A stretch of DNA of 64,000 nt from Utricularia gibba (Eukaryota > Plantae > Magnoliophyta): contig NEEC01000007.1 in assembly GCA_002189035.1 (NCBI GenBank), forward strand, positions 1,984,001 to 2,048,000, in the 5' to 3' direction. Position numbers and translations under genes: made by a program. This document shows positions 10,074 through 21,563 of the stretch, one piece after another. The notes beneath the pieces were generated by a model, which searched no databases, had not been told where the DNA came from, and saw nothing but the letters and a program-made list of their open reading frames with translations. The stretch's first letter is position 1, and every line of letters begins with the position of its first letter.

Positions 10074-11583
10074 ATGGGAGCAAAGGAAACGAAACACCAG
10101 GAGGTACGGATGAAGAAATCTTTTAAGGATTCTCTCAAGGCCCTTGAAGCCGACATTCAACATGCCAATACTCTGTATACTTCACGCCTCCTTTCTCAAT
10201 TCTGGGTTTTTCTTTGATTCTCTCACTTTTTTTCTTTTGTTAATATCTTCTTGCTCTATTGTTTCTTTCCCACCGCTTTTGGGTTGTTGGTGTTAAGTTT
10301 TAGATGTTGTTGTTATTTTCCACCATGGCTGACACGAAGGGGTCGCCTAATTCCTTGATATTTTGGAATCTTGTTGTGCACTGCATTCGCACATGGTATG
10401 ATCGCGGATGGATTATTGTATTTATGAGGAAAGTGCTTTGTCGTTTCGGTTTTGTTGTGGAGCCTCGTCGTCAGAACTGCTGAAAGTCTTTTGTTTACCT
10501 TGCAAGTTGTTGTTATAAGCGTCCATTTATGTGAATCATTGGTGGTTATGGCCGCCCACCTTATTCTTCCTTGTAAACGTGTGATAAATTGTCTGATTTT
10601 CTGTTGTTTTGATGGATAAAGGGCGTCGGATTACCCAACAGAATACGATGGTGGGTGCTTCCAAATGAGGCTATCGTATAGCCCCTGTGCACAGATTTTT
10701 CTCTTCCTAGTCCAGTGGACTGATTGTCATCTTGCTGGTGCCCTTGGCCTGATTAGAATCCTCATCTACAAGGTTAGAATATTCACCATTCAAGGCAGAA
10801 TTGGAGCTTATAGTATTCGAAAGAACGGACTGAGTATTACTGTACGAATCCATCTTGCCAAGTTGGTGAATAATACCCAGATTTTGGTGTTTTCAGGCAT
10901 TTGAGGATGGGAAGACAACCATGTCACTATATGAAAGAAAAGCTAGTCTAAGGGAGTTTTATGGTGAGAATCAGCTGAAATTGTAATAACGATCTGAAAC
11001 TTGCTCCTGTCTGAAAAAAAGCTGGCTATGGAATGCTACCTGCAGGAGTTATATTTCCTTCTTTGCTGCAACTTCAGAAGGGATTAACGGATGTTGAAGA
11101 GCGAAAACAGCGGCAGCTATGCGAAACGAAGTACAGGAAACACGATGAAATGGATAAAGGGAAGCTCTCTGAAATTGAACTCGAGAGGGAGGAAGAATGT
11201 GGGATTTGTATGGAGATGGATACCAAAGTCGTCCTCCCCACCTGCAGTCATTCCCTGTGCATGAAATGCTTTAGGGATTGGTAAGCTAATGCAACAGATC
11301 CTTGCACTGATTAATGCCTTTGTTTCCTTGAATGCACCCCAAAACTTGTGTTTTTATCCTTCCTTTCAACAGGCGAAGTCGATCACAATCTTGTCCATTC
11401 TGTCGGGACAGTCTCAAGAGGGTGAACTCTTGCGAGCTTTGGATCTATCCGAGTAATTTCGACATCGTTGATTTATCAGCCATCGTGAGGGAAAATCTGA
11501 AGAGGCTCTACATGTACATAGACAAGTTGCCGCTCGTCGTTCCCGATCAAATGCTGGTTTTCCATGATCCATATGGTCGATGA
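10074..11583 (+). CDS. AIRP2: RING-HC E3 ubiquitin ligase, AIRP2-like
   Basis: Exons 10110 (or in-frame ATG 10074)-10174, 10622-10772, 10897-10963, 11046-11280, 11373-11583, all GT-AG and in phase. KSFKDSLKALEADIQHAN, MRLSYSP, RING CGIC...CSH..C..C...CPFC. Confidence 0.92.
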
Positions 11584-11922
11584 ACATTTCATGCTGAAGA
11601 ATGTAAGCTTATTGTACATATGGTTTCACACGTTGCATTTTGCTTCTTCAAGATTTATGAAGTGTAAAAATGCACTCCTACATGGTATCTTCTCACTTGC
11701 CTACTTTGTGTACACAGTCAACCTTATCACACCTTGAAAGTTAAGTGTTCTTACTGTTCTTTGTTCAACCATGATGCTTGTTCCTTGGAACATGAAGTGA
11801 TTACAGCCCTTATGTTGAATGATGAGTATGGCAATGGAATTTGACATTTATTGACAATCTGTTGAACATTGAAGATCACCAACATCCAATATGGAAAAAC
11901 AAGTATATGCACAGCAGAAAGG

Positions 11923-13475
11923 TTACTGGAGTCCAAAATTTTCCAGAAATTTCAGAAGAGTCCTTTTACCCCACTGCAGATCTCTTTCCAGTTGCTCTTT
12001 TGCATAAACTGATTGTTCTTGAAACTCCACTGGATGCATTGAACCAGATGATCCAAGCTCCTGTGCTCTTGACTACATGAAATAAAGGGCGTTGATGATC
12101 AATCGAATAGCATCGGTAGGATTGTTGAAAGAATCAAGCAATTACCTCATTATCAGTAGGATTGTTGGTTTTAATCGTGTTTTCAATGGCATAGTGATTC
12201 TCCTCTTCTGCTCCTGTGATCCGTTCCTGAGGCATGGCTAATCCTGGGACTGGAACTGTAACTCCATCGTCTGAATCCAGCCACTCTTCATCTTTGTAAT
12301 CTGAAAAACTACTTCCATACGTCTGCTCACCATCATTTCCTGATGATGTTCCACCATCCTGCTCCACAGTAACAACAGCAGTAGTCTCCTTAGTGGCATG
12401 ACTATCCGCCATGATAGGCGCTGGAGGAATTTGATCGGACCTCACCTGATCATCGGCATTAGAAACTCTTTCTACATCATCACCTTCCTTCCCAAGTACT
12501 GACTGGTTTTCACTGCAGGCAACAAATGATGAACTTCCATTGATACTCAAAGGTGCATTGAAATCCGTGTCAAGTTCCTCCTCAAACATGTTTTGCAGTT
12601 GAGGGTTATCATCCCAACCCTCAAAAACGATTATTGTTTTTTCACTATTGCTTGTTTCGAGAGATCTATCAGAGCCGGGCTGCCATGAAAGGATTGTAGC
12701 ATCACTCATGAGTATGAACTTGTATTTGATAACTTTCCCACAAGGTATATCCTGTCAACTCAACAAGAAAAAAAAAAAAAAAAAGCAACCCAACCATTTT
12801 ATATCTGCCACAGGGGAATCAACCAAAAAAGAAAAAGTTAATGTGGCTGGTTTCTTACAATATCTGCAGTCCATACATCACCGTCAGACCAACTTAGTGC
12901 CACACCATCAGATGGATTCCATAGTCCTAGAACTGGATCATCTCCTACCAGTGCAAATCTCTGGCCAAATTCACATTTTTTCTTCAATTTGAATTGAACG
13001 CGAGCAGTTTCAGGATGGTGCTCTATATCACAAACTAAGCATCGTCATTAAAAGACAAAGAGGCACCTCCATTTCAAATGAAAAATTTGAAAATTACGTG
13101 AATTCTCAGCTTGCGTTTCTTCATTTTCTACAGATGTCTGCAAAGGTAAATGGACTAGCATTACAACAACCATACTTAATCAAATATCATTGTCTTGGAT
13201 TCTTTCTCCAAGAAACAGCCTATATTCCCATAAAGAAGAAGCACTGGAAAAAAAATACCAAGAAACAGCAGCACAGACACCTGAGAAGAAGATGCGTGGA
13301 AAACGGAACGAAAGAACTTGGGGTCGTTGGATACAGCGAGTGGCAAACAATTCCCAACTCTCTTATGATACCCGTTGCAAGGAAAGGTAAGCTCTCTCGA
13401 ACACAAGATCGCCCTCTCCTGCGGAATCCCTTTGCACGTAAACAGCCTCGAGTGAGAGGTTCCCAGCATTTTCAT
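11923..13475 (-). CDS. Plastid-targeted CBM20 starch-binding-domain protein
   Basis: Exons 13475-13281, 13137-13098, 13022-12859, 12751-12146, 12072-11923, in phase. Transit-like N-terminus, CBM20 VQFKLKKKCEFGQRFALVGDDPVLGLWNP...WSDGDVW...KYKF...WQPG, acidic linker, C-terminal DLQWGKRTLLKFLENFGLQ. Confidence 0.88.
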
Positions 13476-14930
13476 TCGGGTATGGCTTGACAAACTGGGT
13501 TATCGACAAAGAGTGATTCTTTCAAATGCAAGAACCAAGATTCAGTTCGATTCGAATGATGGGTATTAGCTGGTGGGCTTCCAAGCCAGTGACCGAAGTT
13601 CCATCTTAGTCATACAATTCAAAGCATACTCACTGGGATTCTTAGATTCCGGGACGACAATTGGTGAGCCTCTCCTTTTGGATAAGTTGGCAGAATTCGC
13701 CCATTCTACCGGATGATTACAGAAGGTGACGTCTTGATCCTCCTCGACTACTACTTAATGATGTTTTTTTATGGTGTTTTTCTATTGCCAGAAGCAGAAA
13801 CACAACAGGAGATCGGATTGACCGAAGGAGATGGCTGGGCCAACACCGAGGAGCCGGGTCACGGGGATGACCCAACGAAGAGGCTACGGCGGCTGGTGCA
13901 CCGGGACCAGAGTCCCGGGCTACGCCACGGACCACTAGCCCTCCAGAATACGTCTGGGCCTCTGGGCAGGGCAACGTAGACAGATAGGGCCGCGTCCAGG
14001 TTGGGCCTCGTAAACGGATTGGGCCACATAGATAGACCCATGAATTCGGTTCCCAACTCCGGATTATCACCTCCAATTTTGACACCACAAACCGCAATTC
14101 AAAATCCGATTTAAAAAAAAAGATTAAAAACATGATTTAAAAAATAAAAACCGAAACCACTAATCCGGTGCGGGTCGGGTTGGGTGTTGGAATCCGGTGG
14201 GGATCCGTGAAACTTAACCAAATGAGGCATGTGCCTCCAAAACAACACCTCCTCCTCCATAAATCAAGTACGTGTGTGGTGCAGATTCCACGTAGGACGT
14301 ACAAATTAAATGTTACCTGGTATTCATTCATTCATATGTCACACTCCATAATTAAATCAACACAATCATCAACATTTAATACCCATGACGTGACACAACA
14401 TGCAAAATACACGCACCTTCAGACATACATCGATCGCTTGCCACACCTTGTACTAAAATTGCACACCATACTCCATTCATTAAATCAAACTCCATGCCAC
14501 TGCAATGAAAAAAAAAAGGAATATATTAATAAAGAAAAAAAAAGAAAGAAAGAAAGAAAGACAATGGCACGTTCATAAAGAGGCGTGTGGGCCCCCAGAA
14601 AGTGACACGTAAAGTCTCACTTTCCGCACCAATTTGCCCACTTGATGTTGACCAAAATTGAAATAAAAACCGCCTCCTTTCCTCAACTATTTATCCATGT
14701 AATTACGGTAAGTTTAGTGGGGAAAACATAAAATTGGGAAATTCATGGGTTTCATATTATTTATTGAAGAGTCAACTCAGTTTGAAAATTTTTAATACTA
14801 CATTCGGTTTCTTGTAATTAACTGCACACCACACAACACCACCTCCGACAGTACGTAAGTAACCCATTTGTTGTTTTTTTTTAATATGAACACCTTCGGT
14901 TGTTGACGGCACGGCGGCGGCGATCTGGGC

Positions 14931-16953
14931 TTAGCTCCGGTGCCGCGACGGCGGGCACTGGTAACACTTGGCGAACAGCCCGAACTGATCCACTTGTCTC
15001 ACGAAATTGGTGATGCTCGCCCACCCTCCGAACGCGAAGCCGACAACCAGGACCCAGATCACGATGAAGGCGTTCACGACGTACATCGTCGCCCAGCTCC
15101 GGAGGAACGCCGGCGGCTTCTCGGCGGCGTTCTGCAACAATGGAGATGAAATCATGGTGATGATCACAACTCGCCGGAATGGAGACCCTCCACCTGTATC
15201 TCATGGTCCCGTTACATGCATTTAATGCCACCCGAAAAAATAAAATCAATTAAATTAAATTCTGTGCATTTAGTGCAGCCCTGACCTATTAAATGACTCA
15301 CTACCTGTCTTTTTACCAATTTTTAATATAGATAAATAATAATAATAATAAAAATGTCTGAAAGGAACACACTCTTTGGTTACCTGACGAGCTGAGGGCG
15401 TTCTGTACGTGAGCATATGCGCAATAGCGGGTATGATGTAGACGGTGAAGCTGACCAGGAGAGCCCCCACGGCGGAGTTGATCGGCCCGAAGAAGGGGAA
15501 GATGATGGCCAGGAACCAGATGGGAATCACGACCGGCAGCCTGGCCAGCGCTCTGAGGCAGATGCTTCTCGTTTCGTGAAGCCCGATCACCTTTTCCCAT
15601 ACGAAGTACAATGGGGTGCAGGCGAACCCGAATGTGATGAACTGCGCCACGCAGCTGAGTTAACTATGAATGTAATAGGAAAGGAGTGTTTCCGGGGCGG
15701 CGGTACCTGGTGAATGAGCATCAGGATCACGGCAATGTCGCGCCAGGCGGATCTCGGAAGCAGAGAGAAGGCGTTGGAGTGGTTAAGAAGCTGATCGCCA
15801 AACGCCCAATACACCGCAGTCGCGGAGGGAATCGTCAATGTGAAAACATACAGCGTTGCGTACAAGTAAATGTACTTGAACTTCCTCGGCTTCCACATAG
15901 CGTGCATGATTTCCCTGTACAGGGAAGGGCGGTTAGCAGACTGAAGATGGGTCGACTGTCAGGGAAACAAGATAACTAACACGGTGACGGCATGTCCACC
16001 GAAGGTGTAGAGTATGTTTGTGGCGCCGGTGAAGTAAAGTACGAGCTTCTTGGGGCCGGAATGATGCACATTTTCGACCTGGCCGTGGACCAACGCCGCG
16101 ATCGTCAGATACCAGGCGGTGTAGGTAGTCATCCCAAGTCCCAAAAACGACCAAATTCGGTAGTTATGGAAAGAAGGAATGAAGACAGTAGTTGCACAAC
16201 ATGCTCCAAATATGTATGTCCAAGTCCTCTTGTCCAAGTGATCATTTATGTAGTATATGTTACTGCATACACAAACTGTATCAACTCCACTTCAGAGCCC
16301 TGCAAAAGGAAGTATGCATTTAACTGATTACCTTGCACAAGCAATGAGTTGAATGACGGAGCCAAAGAGAAGAAAGGTGCAGTTAAATGCTAAGCCCACA
16401 GCTTTCCCCACGGGACCTAATAATCCATCGAGAACTTCGAACCACTGTAATGATCATACAAGAAACGATGAAAAGTTTTTCCTTTTGTTGTTTTCTATCA
16501 GCAATGGAGTTTGATTTGATTACCTGAATGACATGGTTTTTGAAGCTAACACCTTCCTTTTCCCTTCTACTTCGATATTCAACATATAAAACACTGATTA
16601 AATAAGCTGTCCAGCTGCCCATCAATCCATAGAACACTTGGAATATGATCCCAGAAAGCATTCCCAGTTGGGAAAATGAGTATGGAAGGGTTAACAGAAC
16701 TTGAGCTACCTGTTACCAAGAGTTAGAAATGGGAGCAAGGTCTTGATCTGCGAATGAAACGAGTGTAGGAAGAAGACGATACTTGATTGGAAGCACAGCT
16801 GAACCAGGCATCCCAAGATGAGCCGCCGTGCCAGAGTATGTGTCTAATACTGAAACCATTTTGCTCCTCCGCGTCCGCCGCAGCTTCCCCGTCGTTATCC
16901 GATTGGCTGAGGCTGGGTACAATAGCCTCTTCAGCTTGCTTCTCGCTCAACAT
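14931..16953 (-). CDS. AUX1/LAX1: Auxin influx carrier, AUX1/LAX1 clade
   Basis: Seven exons: 16953-16783, 16709-16524, 16444-16332, 16262-15981, 15914-15707, 15641-15384, 15131-14931. Motifs WHGGSxWDAWFSCASNQVAQVLLTLPYSFSQLG, YTFGGHAVTVEIMHAMWKP, FGLFAKCYQC. Confidence 0.97.
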
Positions 16954-19132
16954 TCTTCTTCAATTCTCGGATCTAAAAAAAGACGCCAAAACCCATCAAA
17001 CCATGAGACAAATACAGAGCAACAGTCGCATACCCAGACAAATTGAAAAATAAACCAGAAAAATCAACTACTGAATCAATTTCCCAGATCAATTGCTTCG
17101 AGCAGTCTCTTTCCGAGACTTCCCTGGACAATACAGAGGAAACCCAGTTCCGGAAAAGAAGAAGTTATTGCACCCAGCCCAAAAGATATCGCATTTACGC
17201 AAAACACAGCTAAGTTGATACTATCAGATCACTCTACAGAGCTGTATCTGTGAGTGTTTTGAAATGAATGCGCTTCTTCATTTGGGTTCTTAAATTTGTC
17301 AAAGGCGGCGAGTGATCACACCTCAAAAGCACCAAAATCTTCCTTATTTGCGCCTGGTGAGAGAAGAAGACAGAGGTAGGTTTGTGCAGGAAAACAAGCC
17401 AGCGGAGATAAGAGGAAAAGGGGACACTTTCCGGTACACAGTGATAACTGATATCAATTCCACAAGTTAAATGAGCTTCTTTCTTCCTTCTTTTTTTTTC
17501 CTTTTCGGTATCAGCAAAGAATGAAACTTCCGAAAGACAACCATGGACTAGGAATTTACAGTTGATTTGTAAGAAAGATTCAACCTTGTTATCTCATAAT
17601 TTTTAGGAATAATGCTCAGATCTGGGCTACTAGAATCGGCATTCAAAATCCCATGCTGTGACCATCCCTCTCATACGCTATTTTGATTATTTGTCTTCTA
17701 CTGATGTGATTTTACGTGGGATTATTCCAAGCCAACACAGCACCAAATATATTTAAATAACACCTTCTCTCAGTGGAAGGCAATGATTAGAGTTAGAGGG
17801 CTAGGGCTAGTGCTAATGCTCCATTATCCACAGGTCATACTTCTCTGCGTTGATGATGCTGAACTTTGACATTCGTTGATGACTCTTTTCAAGCCCACTG
17901 AGCCGATTCAGCCACTAACACATTCCATTACCAAGTTCATGGAGCCCCCTAAACGAGCTCTGACCTGCATCGCTCACCCAGACTCCATACACCCCTTCTT
18001 TGTTTACCCATGGCATGGTTCCTCACCATCAGACGCACACAGAGATAGATATGGTTGAAGAGAAGAGTGTTGTGGGTTTTCTTCTTTTTTCTCTGGGGTA
18101 GATGGAGAAGTAATGGGTACGTTGTGTTTGATGAGTTGGCGTTGTCATTGTGATGAGTCACTGGGGTCACTTATGGATCCATCCATTTCAACTGAATTGC
18201 ATCATCATCTTCATCATCATCTCAATTCTCATCCCCACCACCATTACCACTACCACTCCACCTCCATTCATTGCTCCTATTCCTCTCCTCTTAAATATAT
18301 ATACAACATGCGGATCCATCACCCTTCTGCCCACTTCATTCAAAGCCAGAAACCAAAAACCAGGAACGCAGTTTCCTGATAAACAGGATATCTCAACCCC
18401 CCTTTCTTTTTTCAAAATGAGGTTATCTGCCGTGGCTGGTCTACACCCAAAAGTGATAGCGAAATGTAGGCTCCATAATCAACTCATTTCCCAAAGTGTG
18501 GCTCCAGAAGCCATCCATTTCAACTACTCAGGGTAGCTAGAGCAGCACTACGCATGTGGCAAATGGCGTTCCTTTGTGAAATGATGGGTGGAAACCCATG
18601 GTGCAGGTATACCTAACACAGGAAAACAAAGATGTAAAGAAACTGTCTGGCCGATGGGCATCATTCTTTCACTACATCAATTCTACTGAAATTAAGTATT
18701 TGGTGAGGTGAGTGAATGCAAAGTTTATGTAAACAATAAACGTGAATCATATTAGAAAAAATTAGATGTTATTTGATACATAATTTATTATATATTTTCA
18801 TTCATCCACTTCCATGAAACAATATGCAAGAGTCTGCAAAGTGGCTTTACATAATTGAGAATGATTTTATTGAGCCGTGGCCAAGCGACTAAATGACGAT
18901 GAAATTATTGTGGGCTGCTTTTAAATTTTTTAAAATGCCCACGTGATGGCGTCAACAAGGAAAACAACTGCTGACTTGGGCCGAACTCTCCATGAAAAAG
19001 CAAGAATGTTCTTTTGACCACAACAAGAAGGGGGGTAGCCACCCCTTCAAAAAGTTGTGTGGGTTCCATTTCCAAGATATTTATAATATAATATTGATTA
19101 TTTGTTTGGAAATTGGAATAAAAAATTAATGT

Positions 19133-19197
19133 TGGGCCAGAGGGTTTCTGGGCTGGGCCTAAGATGAAAGCTCAAGAAATTGTCTTGGAAAGGCCCA
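19133..19197. promoter_or_regulatory. Site II (TGGGCY) cluster in the TRM7 promoter
   Basis: TGGGCC 19133, TGGGCT 19149, TGGGCC 19154, GGCCCA 19192. Typical of translation-related housekeeping promoters. Confidence 0.5.
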
Positions 19198-19421
19198 GAA
19201 GCTTTGTCCACACCCTAATTTTGATTCCATGAATAGCGGTTGAAGTCTTCCATGTTCGCGGGTGTCTCCTTTTTCATTGTAATGTGAACTGTGAAATTGG
19301 CACTTGGCATTAGACTGTGCGCGGACCGTTCTGTGTCTGCGGTCGGGAATATAGGGAGGCAAGGTCTACCATTTTTTTGTGAAGAAAGTGAGGGGAAGCC
19401 GCAAAGTTGCTGCTTTGTGAA

Positions 19422-21292
19422 ATGGGGAAGGCTTCGAGGGATAAGCGGGTGATTCCTCGAACCTTGCTTGCGATTTGTGTACGCGTTGTTTTTTATTCTA
19501 TTTTAAAGTTATCTAGAATTGAGTTTTTTCCATTATATTTGCAGGATATTTACTATAGGAAGGCTAAAGAGGAAGGATGGAGAGCCCGAAGTGCTTTCAA
19601 ATTGCTTCAGATAGATGAGGAATTCAACATATTTGAAGGTTTGTGGCTTACTCCATTGCCATACCAGTGCTGTCTATTTTAAGGTTTTAGAGCAAAACTT
19701 ATTTTTTTTTACTTGATCCGTATAGGGGTGAAAAGAGTGGTAGATTTATGTGCAGCTCCTGGAAGTTGGAGTCAGGTATGTGTGATGTTTCATGCTGAAT
19801 GCAATTGTTGTAAGGTTTTATTGACAACCAGTGATTTGTATTTTCTTTATGCAATTTAGGTTTTGAGCCAGAAGATTTATCTGCCTGCAAAGCGGTCACC
19901 AGATTCTATGTATGTTTTGTTGTACGGTTTTGTAGCTTCTGACTCGCAAGATGAACTTCCAATGAGTTGCATACTTACTTTGTGTTCCTTTCAATTTCCA
20001 GTGTTGGTGATCTACCTCTTATTGTAGCCATTGATTTGCAGCCTATGGCTCCTATAGAAGGTGTTATTCAGGTTCAAGGGGATATAACAAACGCCCGGAC
20101 AGCTGAATTGGTTGGAATATATCTCCCTTTTGTATTTATCGATGCGGTACTCTGTGGCTAGCTCATAATATAGCGATGGCTCCTTCATGACAGGTAATTC
20201 GGCACTTTGATGGAGGCAAAGCTGATCTTGTTGTATGTGATGGTGCACCTGATGGTCAGTGATGCCATTCTGATACTTATGAATATTTATACCACGAGGA
20301 GATGTCATTTTTGTTTCTGTAACCACGTTGTTCTTATTTCAGTAACAGGCCTTCATGATTTGGATGAATACGTTCAATCCCAGCTCATCATAGCGGTTAG
20401 GTTTCTGCCCTTCCAGTTCTCGTTTAGGTGTTTCACAATTGGCACTTGTGACGTAGCTTGTTTATCAGCTTATGCGTTAATCCATGGCAGGCTTTAACTG
20501 TTGTTACGCACATACTTAAAGTTGGTGGAAAATTCATCGCAAAAATATTTCGAGGAAAAGACACCAGCCTCCTTTACTGTCAGGTTGAACGGCCTCCATG
20601 CTGTTTTCTTTTCATGCATACCCTCTTCTTTCTCATCAGATTGCGTTTGCTAGAGATGCAAGAGCGTTTCATAATACTGTGCATTCTATCATCGCTGCAG
20701 CTTAAGTTGTTCTTCCCACAAGTAACTTTTGCCAAACCAAAGAGCAGCCGAAATTCAAGTATTGGTATTCAAAAATTCGTTCTTTGTGATCTTGATCCCT
20801 TGATTTTTCATCTGAAAATTCCTTTTCAAATTTATCTCCATGAATTGTATCTTGTATCAGAGGCATTTGCAGTATGTGAAAACTACTCACCCCCCGAAGG
20901 CTTTAAAGAAGAGGATCTTCATCGACTCCTGGAGCAAATTGGAAGTCCATCCGGAGCCGACGACTTTGGTAGTTTCTCTGTGAATCTCTCACATTTTGCT
21001 GCCTCTGGCATAATATCTGAAAGTGTTGAAATGCTTTCCATCACTGACAGACTGCAGCAGTGGATGGTTAGAGGGACCAAACAAGGTCTATATCCCATTC
21101 CTGGCCTGCGGAGATTTGAATGGCTACGATTCCGATTGCTCGTATCCCCTCCCAAAGTCCGCTGACGGCTCCTACCGGTGCTTAGACCCTGTGCAACCGC
21201 CCATTGCGCCGCCTTATAAACGTGCGTTAGAATTGAAGAAAGCTTCCAACCATGGTGTCCAGGCGCTTGAAAAGCTTACCCTCGGACCCTAA
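19422..21292 (+). CDS. TRM7: tRNA (C32/G34-2'-O)-methyltransferase TRM7, FtsJ family
   Basis: Eleven exons from 19422-19448 to 21051-21292, all in phase. [67 protein letters not shown]. Confidence 0.96.
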
Positions 21293-21563
21293 AGCTCGCT
21301 GTCTGCATCTCGCAGGTGTATGGAATATTTAGATTTCATGAGAACTTGTATTTCCTCCACACACTATCAGAACCCATTGTAAAGAGAAATGATTCTCAGG
21401 CACAGACTGCGAAGACAGGCAACTGAAATTCTTGTCATTATTACCATCAAGTATAGGAGAGAACTTCCCCGACCAAGATTGTGATCAAACCAGACAGGCT
21501 ATTACATTACACAGCAGAATGCAGCAAATTTAGCCTTGCCCATCTAAACAGCAATCTTAGATA

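Noticed and set aside
17847-17862. ttgatgatgctg resembling miR172
   Set aside because: Only a 12-nt match, and no fold-back partner was seen.
18113-18379. His-rich 88-aa ORF upstream of AUX1
   Set aside because: Arises from a CAT/CAC low-complexity tract, with no recognisable domain or splice context.
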